From an uncultured Nitrospiraceae bacterium (GTDB lineage: Bacteria > Nitrospirota > Nitrospiria > Nitrospirales > Nitrospiraceae): a stretch of 64,000 nucleotides of DNA. Positions 1 to 9,822 of this stretch are shown piece after piece. Each line of letters opens with the position of its first letter. The first letter of the stretch is position 1. The translations under genes were made by a program, and so were the position numbers. The DNA lies in the NCBI GenBank assembly GCA_963730935.1, contig CAVSTP010000003.1, positions 352,001-416,000 of the forward strand, read 5' to 3'. The notes under the pieces were generated by a model, which did no database searches, was not told the DNA's origin, and saw only the letters and a list, made by a program, of their open reading frames with translations.

Positions 1-128
1 GCGTATTTTTCGTGAAGCAGGGACAGGACTTCCTGCGTCACGTCCTCCGCCTGTTCCCTCGATATCCGTGATGTCGCAAAAGCCAGGATCCTTTCACGGA
101 GAGACGTTAGGACGAAGTCACGATCCAT
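1..128 (-). CDS. ECF-type RNA polymerase sigma factor, N-terminal part (runs off window start)
   Basis: Not in the ORF track. Manual translation from ATG at 128 gives MDRDFVLTSLRERILAFATSRISREQAEDVTQEVLSLLHEKY; AEDVTQEV matches ECF sigma region 2. Confidence 0.7.
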   Translation of the reverse strand, partial: MDRDFVLTSLRERILAFATSRISREQAEDVTQEVLSLLHEKY

Positions 129-258
129 GGCCTACCAGTCAAAAGGGTCTCACCTTGCTGGTCGCGTTCTCGGGCCGCTGCAGGACGATGATGCCCTTCA
201 TATCGATGACACGAGCAAGCGTTTTAAACGACTAGGGTAAAAGTCCGCAACGTGTCCT

Positions 259-1236
259 TTACGTTGACTGCGGCCGATTCTCCAGCAGCGCCTCAAAGGA
301 TTTGAACGCGACGCCGAGAGATGTGCACACCGCATACTGCCGGTCGAACCGATTGGTGGTGCGGATGATCCGGCCAAGCGTACGGAACGCCAGACGTCCC
401 CAGGCGGCCACATGCATGACCGACAACGGATAGTCGGTGCCGAAGAGCAGGCGATCGTGGATTTCAGGGTGTCGGCGCAGATGAAGCAGCATGCGAAACC
501 GGTTGGGTAGGGTAAGTGCCGAGATATCGGCGTAAAAATTCGGATAGCGCTTCGAAAAATCCAGCAGCACGGGAAGAAACCGCTCGTAGAGCATCAACCC
601 GTAACTGCAGGCATGGGCAGCGATCACGGTCACGCCTTCGTCCAGCGCGGTCTCGAGCCGGGTTGGATCTCCCACCGATTGATCCTTGCCGATCAGGCTG
701 AACTCATATCCCACGTGACTTAAAAACGGCAACCGGCGTTCCGCGAGCGCGCGGTAAAACGGCCTGTATTTGGCATCGGCAGGATTGAACTGTTGCGCGT
801 TCGGCAGCGCCTTCACGAGTACGGCGCCTGCCTCGGCGCAGCGATGCACTTCGTCGACCGCATCCCTCCGTTGAGGGTTGATGGAGACGCCGGGCAGGAA
901 GTCGGCCGGATGTGCTCTAGCGGTAGCGAGCACATATTCATTGCTGATCAGGAAATGGGTCTCTTCCTTGGCAAGATGACCGTTCTGATCGTAGACGCCG
1001 TCCATGCCGAGGAGGACGGCCTGCCGCACGTGCTGGGATGCACGCAGTTCCGTGAGCAGATCATCCACATACTTCTGGTTGGCTTGGCGTGGAGCGTCGG
1101 GCGACAGCCCGTGCTTCCACAGCAGAAACCGGAAGAGCGGACTCTTGAGCATGTGCGGAGAAATATAGCAGCCGTTCTGGCCCTCAGGCAGCGCTGCCAG
1201 ATGCACATGACAGTCGATGAGCGATCGTTCGACCAT
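259..1236 (-). CDS. Amidohydrolase family protein (Amidohydro_2-like TIM barrel)
   Basis: IDCHVH metal motif, HVG, IAAHAC, YADIS, LLFGTDYP. Confidence 0.85.
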   Translation of the reverse strand: MVERSLIDCHVHLAALPEGQNGCYISPHMLKSPLFRFLLWKHGLSPDAPRQANQKYVDDLLTELRASQHVRQAVLLGMDGVYDQNGHLAKEETHFLISNEYVLATARAHPADFLPGVSINPQRRDAVDEVHRCAEAGAVLVKALPNAQQFNPADAKYRPFYRALAERRLPFLSHVGYEFSLIGKDQSVGDPTRLETALDEGVTVIAAHACSYGLMLYERFLPVLLDFSKRYPNFYADISALTLPNRFRMLLHLRRHPEIHDRLLFGTDYPLSVMHVAAWGRLAFRTLGRIIRTTNRFDRQYAVCTSLGVAFKSFEALLENRPQST

Positions 1237-1247
1237 ATAGGGAGAAA

Positions 1248-1342
1248 CTCAAATCTCAGATTTCAAATCTCAGCTCTCTCTCGGATCAATTCGGATCGGA
1301 TTGTTTGCTGTTTCATTTGAGATTTGAGATCTGAAATTTGAG
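1248..1342. repeat. 26-bp inverted repeat built from tandem heptamers (AAATCTC/GAGATTT-like)
   Basis: ctcaaatctcagatttcaaatctcag (1248-1273) vs ttgagatttgagatctgaaatttgag (1317-1342), 23/26 complementary. Confidence 0.85.
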
Positions 1343-1352
1343 AAATTTAAGA

Positions 1353-4300
1353 TCATGTCTGTGCGCCCAGTCGTTCCATCGCAATTCGCTTCAGCGCTCG
1401 CAGGTCCATCTTGCCGGTCCCGAGTACCGGCAGGGCGTCGACTTTGACGAAATTGCCGCGGGGAGGCATGAACAAATTCGGGAGCCCGTTCGATGCCAGC
1501 TGGCCAAGAATGTCAGGAATGCGCGCTTCGTCTATCGTGTGGAGGACCGCGAGCTGTTCGCCCTTGCGGTCGTCGGGAATGCCGGTCACCGCGAACACCT
1601 GCGTTTCGCTCTGGGCCGCCTGGTGCAGCGCCTCTTCAACCTTGCCATGAGGCACCATTTCCCCGCCTATTTTCGAAAACCGCGAGAGACGATCCGTGAT
1701 CGTCAAGAAGCCGTCGTCGTCGAGTATGGCGATGTCGCCGGTGATATACCAGCCATCACGCATCACGCTCGCCGTCAGGTCTTCACGCCCCAGGTAGCCG
1801 GTCATCACGTTGGGGCCTCGGACGAGCAACATGCCCGGAGTTCCGGGTGACAGAGGCGCAAAACTGTCAGGATCGACGATTCTGACCGAGATGCCCGGAA
1901 GGGGCTGACCGACGGTCCCTCGCCTGGACGCGGGCTGATAATAGCCAGCGGCCCGGAAGTCCGGGCAATTGACGGCGATGACGGGCGCACATTCGGTCAC
2001 CCCGTAGCCTTCAATTGGTTCGATGCCGAATCGATCCTTGAAGGCCTCATAGAGCCGTAAGGGCAGTTTCTCAGCGCCGGTCAGCACGACCCTCAGTGAG
2101 CTGAATTGTTCCGGCGTGCACCGGCGGAGATAGAGCTGCAAAAAGGTCGGCGTCGACACGAGAAACGTGACCCTCTGTCGTCGAATCAGCTCTCCGATCC
2201 CTGCCACGTCGATCGGTGACGGATGGAACACCAGGGCGGCGTTGTTGAACATGACGAACCAGAAAACCAGATAGCCGAACGAATGAAAGAACGGCAGGAT
2301 GCCGAGCACGCGTTCCTGGTGGTATAGATGCAACACCTGCGTGGCGCCCTGCGCGTTCGCATCTACACTGTAATGAGAGAGCATCACACCTTTTGGCTCT
2401 CCCGTGCTGCCGCTGCTGAAGATAATGGTGGCGAGATCGTCGATGGACAGAGGAGTGTCTTGGCCGCAGGCCTTTTCAATCACTCGCATCGGAGTAAAGA
2501 ATCCGAGCAAGGCCGCAAGCAACTTGTCTCTTGGACTGATCGTTTCCGCCAGATCTTCTATCCAAATAATGGCCGGTCCGGCCGGCAATTCCAGCTTGGC
2601 CTTCTCGACGAAGGCCCGGCTCGTGACAATGGTGCGCAAACTGGCCTGCCGGACGGCGGCTTCCAAGCCGGTGCGGCCGACCGTATAGTTGAGGTTCACG
2701 CTGGTTTTGCCGCAGAGCGGCGCCGCGACGTTTGCCAGGGCGCCTGCGACACTGGGAGGAAGCAGAATGCCGACATGACGTTGGCCCTGCCACGACGGAC
2801 GTAACGCTCTGGCCAGGGCAATCGATCCGATCAGCGCTTGGGCCGCCGATACATGGGGCCGACGGTGATCTGCCATAACGAAGCGAAACGGTCGTCTCCT
2901 CATCGCGCTGATGAATTCACGATGCAGAGGATGACGATCCGGCTTGCGCAGGGCCCAAGCCGCTTCCCCCAGCGCTCGAATGGCGTTGCGAAGCTCGTAT
3001 GCCGGAGTGTGAGGCGGCAGCGGCGAGCCGAACGAGACCGTCACGGGGTAGGGGAGGCGTTCCGGAAATTTCCAGATGAATCGGCCACGGTCAAAGCTGA
3101 AGACGCTGCCCCACACGCGGTCGAGGTGAACCGGGATAATCGGCGCCGACCGGCCTTTCATAATGCGTTCGAACCCCCGACGGAACGGCAGCATTGTCCC
3201 CGTTCTCGTGATCTGACCCTCGGGGAAGATGCAGACTAGGTCCCCCCTGTCGAGCGCCGCACCCGCCTCACGCAGCGCACGCAGGACGACGCGCAGGCCG
3301 CCGTAGGAGGAAATCGGAATGACGCCGAATAGCCTCATCAACGGTTTGAACAGCGGCTGTTCCGCATACTGGACGTCGACCACGAACCGGACGGGCCGAT
3401 CGAGACTGGCGATCAACAGCAGGCCGTCGATGAACGACACATGATTGGGCACGAGCAGCGCTCCGCCGGCCTTCGGCACATGCTCGTGTCCCACGATCCG
3501 CAGGCGGTATAGGCTGTTCGTCAGGATGACGAGCACCGCCCGCAGCAAGGCTTCCGGCAGTAACCACATTGCCCAGGCAGTGCCGGCCACGGTGAACACC
3601 GCGGTGGTGGTAAAGATGCCTGTCGTGGACACCCCCGTGCTGGCGAGCGCCCCGGCACCGAGCGACCCCAACAGAATACCGGTGAACACACACGTGTTCT
3701 CGAAGGCGATCACCGACCCTCGCCGATCGTGCGGGGCTCGCCATTGGATCAGCGCGTTGAGCGGGACGAAGATCAGCGCGCTCGATATCCCAAGGACGAC
3801 CATGAGCGTCAACGTCGCTGCCAAGCCGGGAGCGGTGAGGCCGATGACAGCAAGCATCACGGCGACGCCTGTTGCGCCAAGTGGAATCAAACCGTATTCA
3901 ACCCGCGCCTTAGATAGACGCCCGACCCATCGGGCGCCAACCCCGATCCCGATCGACAGCATCATGAGCGGTAGACCGGATTGCCAGTCGGAAACCAGGA
4001 GCACCGCTTTCGCGTAGACCAGGATGTTTTGGGCGAAGAGACTTGCGATCGTCCAGAAAAAAACGGCGCCGCAGATGGCCAGCCGCAGCATGCGGTCGCG
4101 GGCGATAGCGGACCAGGCGCCCTTCAATGTATTCATCAGCCCGCCTTCCGCACGTGCCGGCGGAACGGACGGAATCGTCCAGGCTGCGCTGAATCCGACC
4201 AACGCCAGGGCGGTGAGCATCATTGGTGCCACCCACACGGCGCTTCCGGTGAGAGACATGAGAATGCCGGGGGCCGCGGTGCCGGTCAAAATGGCAAAAA

Positions 4301-4760
4301 ACGTCCACATCTCGAGTTGCCCGTTGCCGGCCGCCAATCGTTCATGTGGTAACAGCTCCGCAAGAATTCCGTATTTCGCCGGGCTGAAGAGCGCGCTGTG
4401 GACGCCCATTCCGGCAAGGACGATCAGCGGCAGAATGCCTCCGGCAGGGTTGAGCCAGAGCGCGAGTGTCGCCCCGCTCATCAACAGCACTTCGACTGAT
4501 TTCATCAGGATGATGACGCTGCGCTTACTGACGCGATCGGCCAGCATACCTGCCACGATGGAGACGACGACGAGGGGGAAGGTAAAGACGACAAAGGCGA
4601 GTGTCGTCTGCGTTTGAGAGGCGGTTTCGAATTCGTGGCCTGGCGCGGTCGTGGAGGCCAGTTGCCGGATGGCGAGAAGCGCGACCATCAGCTTCCAGGC
4701 ATTGTCATTGAATGCGCCGCAAAACTGGGCGATGAGCAATCCGCGCAATGGATGAGTCAT
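1353..4760 (-). CDS. aas: Aas-type trifunctional protein: MFS lysophospholipid transporter + PlsC acyltransferase + acyl-ACP synthetase
   Basis: N-terminal AQFCGAFNDN MFS, NHVSFID and FPEG acyltransferase motifs, FSSGSTGEPKG and EGYGVTE AMP-binding motifs. Confidence 0.9.
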   Translation of the reverse strand: MTHPLRGLLIAQFCGAFNDNAWKLMVALLAIRQLASTTAPGHEFETASQTQTTLAFVVFTFPLVVVSIVAGMLADRVSKRSVIILMKSVEVLLMSGATLALWLNPAGGILPLIVLAGMGVHSALFSPAKYGILAELLPHERLAAGNGQLEMWTFFAILTGTAAPGILMSLTGSAVWVAPMMLTALALVGFSAAWTIPSVPPARAEGGLMNTLKGAWSAIARDRMLRLAICGAVFFWTIASLFAQNILVYAKAVLLVSDWQSGLPLMMLSIGIGVGARWVGRLSKARVEYGLIPLGATGVAVMLAVIGLTAPGLAATLTLMVVLGISSALIFVPLNALIQWRAPHDRRGSVIAFENTCVFTGILLGSLGAGALASTGVSTTGIFTTTAVFTVAGTAWAMWLLPEALLRAVLVILTNSLYRLRIVGHEHVPKAGGALLVPNHVSFIDGLLLIASLDRPVRFVVDVQYAEQPLFKPLMRLFGVIPISSYGGLRVVLRALREAGAALDRGDLVCIFPEGQITRTGTMLPFRRGFERIMKGRSAPIIPVHLDRVWGSVFSFDRGRFIWKFPERLPYPVTVSFGSPLPPHTPAYELRNAIRALGEAAWALRKPDRHPLHREFISAMRRRPFRFVMADHRRPHVSAAQALIGSIALARALRPSWQGQRHVGILLPPSVAGALANVAAPLCGKTSVNLNYTVGRTGLEAAVRQASLRTIVTSRAFVEKAKLELPAGPAIIWIEDLAETISPRDKLLAALLGFFTPMRVIEKACGQDTPLSIDDLATIIFSSGSTGEPKGVMLSHYSVDANAQGATQVLHLYHQERVLGILPFFHSFGYLVFWFVMFNNAALVFHPSPIDVAGIGELIRRQRVTFLVSTPTFLQLYLRRCTPEQFSSLRVVLTGAEKLPLRLYEAFKDRFGIEPIEGYGVTECAPVIAVNCPDFRAAGYYQPASRRGTVGQPLPGISVRIVDPDSFAPLSPGTPGMLLVRGPNVMTGYLGREDLTASVMRDGWYITGDIAILDDDGFLTITDRLSRFSKIGGEMVPHGKVEEALHQAAQSETQVFAVTGIPDDRKGEQLAVLHTIDEARIPDILGQLASNGLPNLFMPPRGNFVKVDALPVLGTGKMDLRALKRIAMERLGAQT

Positions 4761-4769
4761 GCGTGCGAT

Positions 4770-6599
4770 TTAGTGCGCCTCTGGTGACGCGGGTTTGGGA
4801 ATAGGCAGCCCTTCCAACTCCATGATCCGCAGGGCATTGGTCGTGGGACAACTGCCCGGGCGGAGTCGATAGTCGAAGGCCAGTGCGCCGTTGTTGACCG
4901 TTTCCTGAAAGTGGGTATTGATGAGCGACGGGATCTCGTTTTCCAGATCGGTCAGCTCGAGATCATGGGTGCTGACCAGTCCGTAGCCGTTGCCGGCGGC
5001 GAGCGCTTTGATGTATGAGCGGCTGCCGATCAACCGTTCGCGGTTGTTGGTGCCCTTGAAAATCTCATCGATCAGAAACAGGAGCGGAGGGGACGACCAA
5101 TCCGCCGTGGCATGCAGAATCGTCTTGAGCCGTTTGACCTCCGCATAGAAAAACGAGAGGCCGGCATCGAGTGAGTCGTTGATCCGGATGCAACAGCCCA
5201 GTCGGCCCCAGCTCCAGCTAAAAGTGCCGGCGCAGACCGGCGCGCCGGCCTGCGCCAGGCAGACGTTGATGCCGATGGTGCGCAGAAACGTGCTCTTGCC
5301 GGACATATTGGACCCGGTGATCAAATGAATCGTGTCGAGCCCTTCCAACGCGATGTCGTTGCTGACCCGCGTCGTCGCAGGAATCAGCGGGTGGCCGAGG
5401 CTGCGGCTGCGGACGCCGATCGCCGACGTCGGCGTCGGCCAGGCATAGTCGGGATGGAGATAGGCAAACGTGGCCAACGCGGAGGCCGCTTCCACTTCGG
5501 CCAAGCGGTCGAGCCACACGGGAAGCCGCGTTCGCACACGCTCTTGAAACTGCCGAAGCCGAAACGCGAAGAACAAATCCCACGGGCAAAGCGCGTTGAG
5601 CGCCAAATGGATTAGCGGATGCGCTTTGACGCTGATGCCGTGAAAAATGCGCGCGATGTGCCGTGTAAAGGAGGAAGGCGCACGTCCGGGTTCCAAGAGT
5701 GGTGCACAGGTGCTCGCCATGACGGAGCCGGGCCGCGCCGCGTGCCGCTCGATGAATTGCAGTACTCGACTGAGCCGTTCCATTTCGTGATGCAGCCCCA
5801 CCGCGTGTTCGAGCAGTTCTTCGCCTTGGTCCGTCATGAGATAAATCAGGGCATAGGCACCAAACGTGAACATCCAATAGCCGGGCAGCCAGTTCAACAG
5901 GGTGCCGACGCCGAGCAGGATCGTGCCCAGGGCCAGTAGGGTCTGTAGCAAGAGGATTCGGGTCAGGCCGGGAAACCCGACCGGATGATCGAGGACTGCG
6001 GCGAGTCTCCGTCCGTTGATCTCCTGCTCTCCCGCGAGTTGTGCTTCGAGCACCAGCCGGTCTCGAAACAGTGAACGAGGACAGAGCTCTTTCACCAAGG
6101 CCTGCCGCGTGTCCCAGACCTGTGCCACCGGCGGTTGTGAGAGGAGCCACATGCTGAGCCGCGACCGTCCCTGGTCGGAGACGGTCGTGTCGATCAGGTG
6201 CAACAGGGAGTGAGGTCCTACCACGTCCAGGTCCTGGGCGTACAAATGCGTTGCAAACGGCTCCGCAGGCTTGTAGGGAATTTGAGACCAGGCGAGCTGC
6301 ACTCTGGCAAGGTGCGCAGATTTGATGGCCATCCACAGCCGCAGCCGGTGAATCCGCTGCTCAAGCCTGTTATGATACGACGCGACAATCAGGAACACGA
6401 TGACGAATCCGGCCAATGCGAGATTTCCGCTGTGGTAGTGTCCGGATCGGAACAGGGTCACGGTGCAGATGACTCCGGCGATGAAGATGGCCAGCCGGTA
6501 GGTAGTGAAGCGGGAACTGACAGCTGCTCCGCCCGTGATGAGCCGTTCGATTCTGCCAACCATCCGCTGCAGTTGTCTGGCACGCGAGAATGCCGCCAT
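4770..6599 (-). CDS. Membrane-anchored MutS-related ATPase (domain V only)
   Basis: Several TM helices, then ITGSNMSGKSTFLR Walker A, SFFYAEV, FLIDEIFKGTN, STHD; no mismatch-recognition domain. Confidence 0.85.
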   Translation of the reverse strand: MAAFSRARQLQRMVGRIERLITGGAAVSSRFTTYRLAIFIAGVICTVTLFRSGHYHSGNLALAGFVIVFLIVASYHNRLEQRIHRLRLWMAIKSAHLARVQLAWSQIPYKPAEPFATHLYAQDLDVVGPHSLLHLIDTTVSDQGRSRLSMWLLSQPPVAQVWDTRQALVKELCPRSLFRDRLVLEAQLAGEQEINGRRLAAVLDHPVGFPGLTRILLLQTLLALGTILLGVGTLLNWLPGYWMFTFGAYALIYLMTDQGEELLEHAVGLHHEMERLSRVLQFIERHAARPGSVMASTCAPLLEPGRAPSSFTRHIARIFHGISVKAHPLIHLALNALCPWDLFFAFRLRQFQERVRTRLPVWLDRLAEVEAASALATFAYLHPDYAWPTPTSAIGVRSRSLGHPLIPATTRVSNDIALEGLDTIHLITGSNMSGKSTFLRTIGINVCLAQAGAPVCAGTFSWSWGRLGCCIRINDSLDAGLSFFYAEVKRLKTILHATADWSSPPLLFLIDEIFKGTNNRERLIGSRSYIKALAAGNGYGLVSTHDLELTDLENEIPSLINTHFQETVNNGALAFDYRLRPGSCPTTNALRIMELEGLPIPKPASPEAH

Positions 6600-6627
6600 C
6601 GTTGGTTGACGATACTGGAAGGTCCGA

Positions 6628-7500
6628 ATGGCGTCAATGACTAGTGAATGGATCGAGGTGCAGATCTGCTCCTCACTCGACGCGGGAGAGGTGTTAGGTC
6701 TGTTGGGCGATCCTTCTGTTCCGGGCGCCTGGCAGGATGGCCGGACGATTCGTCTCTATTGGCCCAGCCAGCAATGGACGTCTGACCATCTGGCGCATTT
6801 GCGCCAGACGCTTCGCCGGTTGATGGAACAGGGGGTGGACGAACCGGACATCGTCGTGCACTCGCTGCCCGATCAGGATTGGAATCGCCAATGGGCACAG
6901 TCGGTCAAGCCGCTTCGAGTGGGGAAACGGATCATCATCAGACCCAGCTGGGAGCGAATGGAACCACATGAGGAGCAGATCGAGATCGTCCTCGACCCGA
7001 AGCAGGCGTTCGGGACCGGCCATCATGCGACGACCAGCCTGTTGCTGGAGTGGCTCGAGGAAGACATCCATGGAGGCGAGTCGGTGCTCGATGTGGGGAC
7101 CGGCAGCGGACTGTTGGCGATGGTCGCGCTTCGTTTGGGCGCATCCCGAGCGGTTGGCATCGACAAGGACCCGGAAGCCATCGGCTGTGCGCGCGAATAC
7201 GCCGCCGCCAATGGCTTCGGGCCGGAACTCGCCCTCCAGTGCGGCACTGTAACGGCTGGTCTCACCTCTTATTATGATGTGGTTCTCGCGAATTTAGACC
7301 GTCGCACGCTCCTTGAGCTGACTCAGCCCTTGGCCGCCAGCACGAACAGAACGCTCCTCGTTTCCGGCCTCCTGGTCGATCAGCGTGATGAGATCGTGGT
7401 CGCGTTTGCCGATTTCGCTCTCTACCCCAAACGCGAACGCGAGCGGGAGGGTTGGCTGGCCATGGAATTCACCCGAGCGGAATCCTGCGAAGGAGCGTGA
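6628..7500 (+). CDS. prmA: Ribosomal protein L11 methyltransferase
   Basis: DQDWNRQW, LDPKQAFGTGHHATT, VLDVGTGSG, VLANL. Confidence 0.9.
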   Translation: MASMTSEWIEVQICSSLDAGEVLGLLGDPSVPGAWQDGRTIRLYWPSQQWTSDHLAHLRQTLRRLMEQGVDEPDIVVHSLPDQDWNRQWAQSVKPLRVGKRIIIRPSWERMEPHEEQIEIVLDPKQAFGTGHHATTSLLLEWLEEDIHGGESVLDVGTGSGLLAMVALRLGASRAVGIDKDPEAIGCAREYAAANGFGPELALQCGTVTAGLTSYYDVVLANLDRRTLLELTQPLAASTNRTLLVSGLLVDQRDEIVVAFADFALYPKREREREGWLAMEFTRAESCEGA

Positions 7501-7502
7501 CG

Positions 7503-7994
7503 ATGAGCTCATCGGGGCGGCCCCCGTATCCTCACGTGCATCAGATCAACGTCTCAGATGGCGGCGTCCCCAAGCATCCGGTTTTCGAAGCGAAAATCTC
7601 AAAAGAAGGTTTGGAAGGCGACCGCCAGAAGAATCTCAAAGTGCACGGGGGGCCGGATCGTGCGGTCTGTTTATTTTCCGTGGATCTGATCGAGCGGATG
7701 CAGGACGAGGGGCATTCCATAGATGCCGGCTCGTCCGGAGAGAATCTGACGCTCGCAGGATTGTCGTGGGAGACGCTCGAGCCGGGCACACAGCTTAAGA
7801 TCGGTCCGGAGGCGCAGATCGAAGTGGCCAGCTATTGTGCGCCGTGCGAACTCAACGCGCGCTGGTTCCGTGATGGGGATATCAACCGAATCTCACAACG
7901 GATCAATCCCGGGTGGAGCCGACTCTATGCGAGAGTGCTGCGGGCCGGCGTGGTGCGGCCCGGGGATGTCGTCGAGGTCATGGGGAGTCGTTAG
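7503..7994 (+). CDS. MOSC domain protein (YiiM-like)
   Basis: GLEGD, HGGPDRAV, GENLT, PC motif; ATG 7503 chosen just after the prmA stop. Confidence 0.85.
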   Translation: MSSSGRPPYPHVHQINVSDGGVPKHPVFEAKISKEGLEGDRQKNLKVHGGPDRAVCLFSVDLIERMQDEGHSIDAGSSGENLTLAGLSWETLEPGTQLKIGPEAQIEVASYCAPCELNARWFRDGDINRISQRINPGWSRLYARVLRAGVVRPGDVVEVMGSR

Positions 7995-8036
7995 GTGCAT
8001 CTGGTCCGGATCTACCGCGGTAGATAAAAGCGTTCA

Positions 8037-8699
8037 ATGATGGATCGCGTCCTTGAACCGGAGTTGATGGAGGATCCCGAACAAGCGGCGGCTTACGCTG
8101 CCGCGGACTTCTCGCAAGAGAACCAAGGGTTCGTTGACCGGTTCGAGGAATACTTTCCGGGTTTTTCGAGCGGGCGTGTATTGGACGCCGGCTGCGGTCC
8201 GGCCGATATTCCGATTCGATTCGCCACACGCTATCCCTCCTGTCATGTGACGGCGGTGGATGCTTCACAGGCCATGATCAGGCTGGCTGAGCAGGCCGTG
8301 AGCCACGTCGGCCTGAGCGATCGCATCACCGTGCAGTGCGAGCGGTTCGAAGCCCTCCCCGGCGCGAACGTCTTCGATGCGGTGCTGTCCAATAGCCTCC
8401 TCCACCACCTGCCTAATCCACTGCAGTTCTGGAATAAGCTCCGTCAACTCGTCAAGCCGGGCTCGCCCGTGTTGGTCATGGATCTTCTGCGGCCAGACTC
8501 GCCCGAAGAGGCCCAGGCCATCGTGGATCGGTACGCGTCGGGAGCGCCCGCCGTTTTGCGGCGGGACTATTTCAATTCGCTCATGGCCGCTTTCACAGAA
8601 GACGAGGTGACCACACAACTCGCCCGCATGAATTTGACGAGGCTGTTGATCGATGTGATTGACGACCGCCATTGGGTGGTCGGCGGGACGATCTACTGA
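8037..8699 (+). CDS. Class I SAM-dependent methyltransferase
   Basis: RVLEPELM N-terminus, VLDAGCGPA, SNSLLHH. Confidence 0.85.
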   Translation: MMDRVLEPELMEDPEQAAAYAAADFSQENQGFVDRFEEYFPGFSSGRVLDAGCGPADIPIRFATRYPSCHVTAVDASQAMIRLAEQAVSHVGLSDRITVQCERFEALPGANVFDAVLSNSLLHHLPNPLQFWNKLRQLVKPGSPVLVMDLLRPDSPEEAQAIVDRYASGAPAVLRRDYFNSLMAAFTEDEVTTQLARMNLTRLLIDVIDDRHWVVGGTIY

Positions 8700-8725
8700 T
8701 GGGATGGTGAAAACGATTTTGTTCT

Positions 8726-8888
8726 CACCCACCCAACCCCGACGCGCTGACGCGCATCCTTTCCCGCAGGCGTTCTCAGTCGTATGTCTCTCGTAACGGA
8801 CAAGAAAGGGTCAAACTCTGCGGTCTTGCTCGCGGAATAGCGTGTCTTGGGTGAACGATTGCGAAGCAATCGATGGGTTGGGCGGGTG
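8726..8888. repeat. Palindromic intergenic element (REP/MITE-like) with terminal inverted repeats
   Basis: CACCCACCCAACCC (8726-8739) vs GGGTTGGGCGGGTG (8875-8888), 13/14; inner hairpin cgattgc-gaa-gcaatcg. Confidence 0.6.
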
Positions 8889-8892
8889 GAAA

Positions 8893-9723
8893 ATGCACAC
8901 AAGAGTCCGGTGGGTGGGAAAGATGATCGTTTTGACCATCCCTATCGTCATCGTTCACGTTTGTGATGTGACGGTTTCTCAGGCGCAGCTTGACCGGCTC
9001 AGAAAATCCAAATCTTTCATGACGACGCCTCCGGTGGAAACGCCAATGGTAGAAATCCCTGCCGGCGAGTTCATGATGGGCGCGGACGGCACCCAGGCGT
9101 TGGAGGATGAGCGCCCGTCTCACCGCGTGTGGCTCGATGCCTTCTCGATTGATCTTCACGAGGTGACGACGGCGCAGTATGCGGCGTTTCTTTCCGCCGA
9201 CAAGCGCGCGGCTCCCTGGCAGTGGGAAACCGTAGATCTCGTCCAGCACGGGGATCGTCCCGTGATCGGCGTGGATTGGCGCGACGCCGAGGCGTTCTGC
9301 ACATGGAAGGGCAAGCGGCTTCCCACGGAAGCCGAGTGGGAAAAAGCGGCGCGCGGGACAGACGCACGGCTGTATCCCTGGGGCAATCAAGCGCCGACCG
9401 GAGATTTGGCGAATTTTGCGCTGGGTGCGCGCTTCAGCTACAACCAGGTCTTGTTTCCCGTGCGTTCACACGAGGCAGGCAAGAGTCCCTATGGGCTCTA
9501 TCATATGGCCGGCAACGCCTACGAATGGGTGCAAGACTGGTACGGAACCAACTACTACGACACCTCTCCCGACAGGAATCCGCCCGGACCGAGCCAGGGC
9601 CAGTTTAAGGTCCTGCGTGGCGGCTCCTGGTCGGATCTGCCCAAGTATCTGCTGACCTACGGGCGCTTCAGACTCTCGCCTGAGACGAAAAATAGTTACA
9701 CGGGATTTCGCTGCGCGAAATAG
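8893..9723 (+). CDS. FGE-sulfatase (SUMF1/PvdO-like) domain protein, probably exported
   Basis: IPAGEFMMG, HEVT, RLPTEAEWEKAARG, MAGNAYEWV, RGGSW, GFRC; the catalytic Cys pair after RGGSW is absent; start uncertain. Confidence 0.85.
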   Translation: MHTRVRWVGKMIVLTIPIVIVHVCDVTVSQAQLDRLRKSKSFMTTPPVETPMVEIPAGEFMMGADGTQALEDERPSHRVWLDAFSIDLHEVTTAQYAAFLSADKRAAPWQWETVDLVQHGDRPVIGVDWRDAEAFCTWKGKRLPTEAEWEKAARGTDARLYPWGNQAPTGDLANFALGARFSYNQVLFPVRSHEAGKSPYGLYHMAGNAYEWVQDWYGTNYYDTSPDRNPPGPSQGQFKVLRGGSWSDLPKYLLTYGRFRLSPETKNSYTGFRCAK

Positions 9724-9740
9724 CTGCAGGGAGGCGGGCA

Positions 9741-9797
9741 ACTGAGAACGATGCCTGAGTCAGGGCGTGTTTCGGCGCGTCCAAGGTGCGTGGGTGA
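9741..9797. repeat. Degenerate inverted copy of the 8725-8780 element
   Basis: actgagaacg, gcgcgtc and gtgggtga are colinear reverse complements of 8771-8780, 8741-8747 and 8725-8732. Confidence 0.6.
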
Positions 9798-9822
9798 AAT
9801 AAGGTAGCGGTTTCAGCAGCCG

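Noticed and set aside
145..154. gggtctcacc also found inverted near 19084-19093
   Set aside because: A 10-bp match in opposite orientation relative to the downstream genes; consistent with chance
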